NCBI GenBank assembly: GCA_045863295.1
Contig: BTWA01000023.1
Location: forward strand, 35,519 to 99,518
Source: Candidatus Hydrogenedentota bacterium
GTDB taxonomy: Bacteria > Hydrogenedentota > Hydrogenedentia > Hydrogenedentales > SLHB01
Length of the DNA stretch: 64,000 nucleotides
Direction of reading: 5' to 3'
In this document: positions 61,182-64,000 of the stretch, one piece after another
Layout of the letters: the number at the start of each line of letters is the position of its first letter
Position numbering within the stretch: position 1 is the stretch's first letter
The notes under the pieces: generated by a model
Databases searched by the model: none
The model's input: only the letters and a program-made list of their open reading frames with translations
What the model was told of the DNA's origin: nothing
Position numbers and translations under genes: made by a program

Positions 61182-63615
61182 ACTGGTAATCCTCCGGGGT
61201 ACTAGTATCGGCGCGAGGTGGCCGCATATCTACCCAGACTTTCCGGCGGATCTTCCACTGCTGCACCAATTCATTGAACGGTGCGCAGTACTTCTTGCGG
61301 GATTCGGCAATGGCCTGATCACGAAGCGTAGACGAGAAATCCTTCCGTTCAGGCAGCGTCTTCAAGCGCGCCCAATCGTTACGAAGTCTGATGACGGCGT
61401 CTCCCCGCGCTAGCCGGGCGATGACAGATGGATTGATGTTTCCCCCAAGTGAATTCACCATATCTTTGGCGTCCGTATTACTCATACCAAACAAGAGTGT
61501 AAAGTCAACTTGCTTGAGCGCGGCGATCTGCTCCCGTTCCCACTGAGCAAGGTTCTGGTGCGCCAGGATGAGGGACACCCCATATTTGCGGGCCTGGTTC
61601 AATGTGGATTGTAGCGACCGTGCGACAAAAATATAGGCTTCGTCCGCGTAGACAGTGAAGGGGCGACGTTGGGAGATCTCAATAGAACTTCGGCCCACCG
61701 CGCTTGCAAAGGTCATGGTGAGGACTATCCGTCCCAGAATCGCCTGCTGATCCGGACTCAATCCCGATAGGTTAGCGACGAAGATATCCCCTGAATCCAT
61801 AATCTTCCTGAAGTCAATCGTGTTTTTCGGTTGCGATAACATCAGTGCCACCGAGTCCGAACTGAACAATTTTCCGATCTTGTTATGCACCGGTTGCATA
61901 TCGCTTTTCGAATATGAGGTACTCAGCAGCTCGCGCCAGAAGTGCTCAGTGACAGGATTAGTGATATGGGGCAGCACCCTCTGGATGAGACGTTTGCGGC
62001 TCTGGCCTTTAGAGCTCAACGCCATTTCCACATCTAGAAGCGTACTATTACCTAAGCGAATCAAGCCGCTGATAGTCTGCCGAAGTAAGTTCCCCAACCG
62101 GTCGCCAAAGCCATCACTAATTGCCTCGAAAACCATGACAAGTTCGTCTGCTAGCCGGCTTCCATCTTGGCCGGGGGGCAAATCGATCGGATTCCAGATC
62201 GTTACCCAGTCCGGGTCACCTGGGGCGAAGTAGACAACGCGGTGATGTTCCGACGGCGGTATAAGACCTAGTATCCTTGCCGACAAATCCCCGTGCGGGT
62301 CGATCACGGCGATTCCGCGCCCATGGACGATATCATGGGCAGCCATGTTCTCAAGCACCGTGGACTTACCTTTCCCCGTACCACCCATCAGATGCCCATG
62401 ACTCAAGAGGATGTCTTCGCTCAAGAAGACCGGTTCCTCACGACCAGCCCAAAGTCGATGGCCAATCAGCATGGTTGCTGAGTCCTCTACGGTCAACGGC
62501 GGTAGTCCATCGAGTACTTTGATGGGCGGTGCCGCGGGTGTTTCTGATACTGGCGGCAGGTGGACGAAACTGGTCAACTCCTGGGAGTTGAGGATGAAGC
62601 CGGGCCGGTAGGTGATTCCAAGTTCTATCATCTCCTTCACGGCTTCGAGTGAGTGCGCGCGGAGGAAGTCGGCTTCCGTGACACCGCAAAGAGGCCGGCC
62701 ACCATGCTGGATCCGGTAGAGGAAGCAAGACGCTGCGCAGACATCAGGACTTGTGTTAGCCAGTCCCTTGTGCAGCAAGAGCACCCGCGGGACAGCAGCG
62801 AGTATCGCTCTATCGTTGTGCGCCTTCTGGTCCGTATCCATTGCCATGCCTCGTAACTCGGCGCTGGGGAGTTGTTGAGCGTACCGGCTTGCAGGACCGG
62901 CCCCGGAAAGTGTCGATGCCCGGTATTCCAGATCCAGAAAAAGATTGATAAAACGATGCCAGTTGTTACGCCGATCGACTGGCTTGAACAGTACCTGGTA
63001 CAGCCCAATGGTTGAACTATCAAGGCTGCAAAGTGTATTGATGAAGAATCCAACCGGAGGCCGTACCAACTCCATGGGGCGAGTAAACAGATGCGTCAGG
63101 GGCGGCTCCGGAAAAACCTCCAGCATCTCGAGCCTTGCACACTCGGCAAGATGTTTCTCGGGGCCAGAACCAGGCGCGAGACAAAACGACGGGAACGCGC
63201 CTTGGAACGCAACATTGAGCATCCCCTCGTCTTGCCGGTGGCAGATGAAGCTCATGACGATCTCATCGCGGTTCCCCCAGACCTCGAACACGATGGGATG
63301 CGCGCACGCGACGAGTTGCTTGATGAAGTCCTCGGACGCGCGCCAGTCCATGTCCGTGGACGGAGCGACGTAGATCCTGTACCGGACAAGGTCTTCCGGA
63401 CAGGGCTTCGCCGCTGGAAGATAGGGCGCCTCCGTCTCGAAGCGTACCGAACGCTGACCGGAACTGAAGTTCGTGTAGGGCGGTTCCAGCTCAACGGGCA
63501 CCGGAGCGATGTCCGGAGTGCACCCTTTGGATAGTTCGCGCACCAGTAGATTCTGATGGCTCGCGCTGACGAGTCCCGCCTGCCACTTTGCGATTTGAGC
63601 GCCTTCGTAGGCCAT
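61150..63615 (-). CDS. VirD4/TraD-like (HerA/FtsK superfamily) ATPase
   Basis: GGTGKGKS, VIDPHGD, VYADEA, ARKYGVSLILAHQ. Confidence 0.85.
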   Translation of the reverse strand: MAYEGAQIAKWQAGLVSASHQNLLVRELSKGCTPDIAPVPVELEPPYTNFSSGQRSVRFETEAPYLPAAKPCPEDLVRYRIYVAPSTDMDWRASEDFIKQLVACAHPIVFEVWGNRDEIVMSFICHRQDEGMLNVAFQGAFPSFCLAPGSGPEKHLAECARLEMLEVFPEPPLTHLFTRPMELVRPPVGFFINTLCSLDSSTIGLYQVLFKPVDRRNNWHRFINLFLDLEYRASTLSGAGPASRYAQQLPSAELRGMAMDTDQKAHNDRAILAAVPRVLLLHKGLANTSPDVCAASCFLYRIQHGGRPLCGVTEADFLRAHSLEAVKEMIELGITYRPGFILNSQELTSFVHLPPVSETPAAPPIKVLDGLPPLTVEDSATMLIGHRLWAGREEPVFLSEDILLSHGHLMGGTGKGKSTVLENMAAHDIVHGRGIAVIDPHGDLSARILGLIPPSEHHRVVYFAPGDPDWVTIWNPIDLPPGQDGSRLADELVMVFEAISDGFGDRLGNLLRQTISGLIRLGNSTLLDVEMALSSKGQSRKRLIQRVLPHITNPVTEHFWRELLSTSYSKSDMQPVHNKIGKLFSSDSVALMLSQPKNTIDFRKIMDSGDIFVANLSGLSPDQQAILGRIVLTMTFASAVGRSSIEISQRRPFTVYADEAYIFVARSLQSTLNQARKYGVSLILAHQNLAQWEREQIAALKQVDFTLLFGMSNTDAKDMVNSLGGNINPSVIARLARGDAVIRLRNDWARLKTLPERKDFSSTLRDQAIAESRKKYCAPFNELVQQWKIRRKVWVDMRPPRADTSTPEDYQFDRLRAPKED

Positions 63616-63695
63616 CGCTGCTAATCCCTATCAAGATTCACAGTACCTCAAAGGGATAGCGGCAGGGGAAGGCGTCTCGTTTCACTGGCACTCGT

Positions 63696-63986
63696 CTACC
63701 GGATGCTTTGCCGAATGCCCCGGATGACCAGCAAATGTTTAGCCAGGAACTTCGGAAAGTAGGCACGAAGCCGGGGCGCTCCGCCATCAACCACGTCGTC
63801 GGACCACAAGTATCCATACTTCGCGACGTACTCCTCGGACACGGAAAACTTCTCCTCGAGACTCAAGCCATTCCACCAGACGCCGATACGACTCTCGATT
63901 TCCCGCAGGCTATACTCGGTGACCAATTCGTCCAGCAGAACGCGCAGGACGCGGTTCAGGCCGCCGTCTACGCCACGCATGGCCAT
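63696..63986 (-). CDS. Hypothetical protein, possibly truncated by the window edge
   Basis: Frame stays open to position 64000. Confidence 0.55.
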   Translation of the reverse strand: MAMRGVDGGLNRVLRVLLDELVTEYSLREIESRIGVWWNGLSLEEKFSVSEEYVAKYGYLWSDDVVDGGAPRLRAYFPKFLAKHLLVIRGIRQSIR

Positions 63987-64000
63987 GTTGCAGGCGACTT

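Larger units (their letters stand above)
58169..64000 (-). mobile_element. End of an ICE/IME-like element continuing beyond the window
   Basis: Excisionase-like HTH next to att, then SSB-like, primase and coupling-protein-like genes, all on the minus strand. Confidence 0.8.

Overview
Bacterial DNA, GC-rich by eye; the taxon cannot be fixed from the sequence. Roughly 1-11.1 kb is chromosomal backbone: cupin, SRPBCC, an amber-interrupted VOC gene, GMC oxidoreductase, sulfatase, an inserted 1382-aa GHKL-ATPase/DUF3883-nuclease gene, trmO, and a small GIY-YIG nuclease embedded in nested palindromic repeats. From 11.1 kb onward the window reads as a tandem stack of integrated elements. Three copies of a ~175-bp att-like sequence (11128, 37902, 57992) each start with the reverse complement of a tmRNA 3' end, and a fourth arm-only remnant lies at 33842. 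They delimit two cargo modules with no integrase or transfer genes. Module A (11.3-37.9 kb) carries Tat sulfatases, GH28, PhoD, a sigma54-driven RND efflux operon and signalling genes. Module B (38.1-58.0 kb) carries an unusual Mo-enzyme/Rieske/cytochrome b complex and a qNor/Ric/P450 NO cluster. Beyond 58.2 kb is the end of an ICE/IME-like element (excisionase, SSB-like protein, AEP primase, VirD4-like ATPase) that runs off the window. All calls come from motif recognition by eye; no database searches were run.
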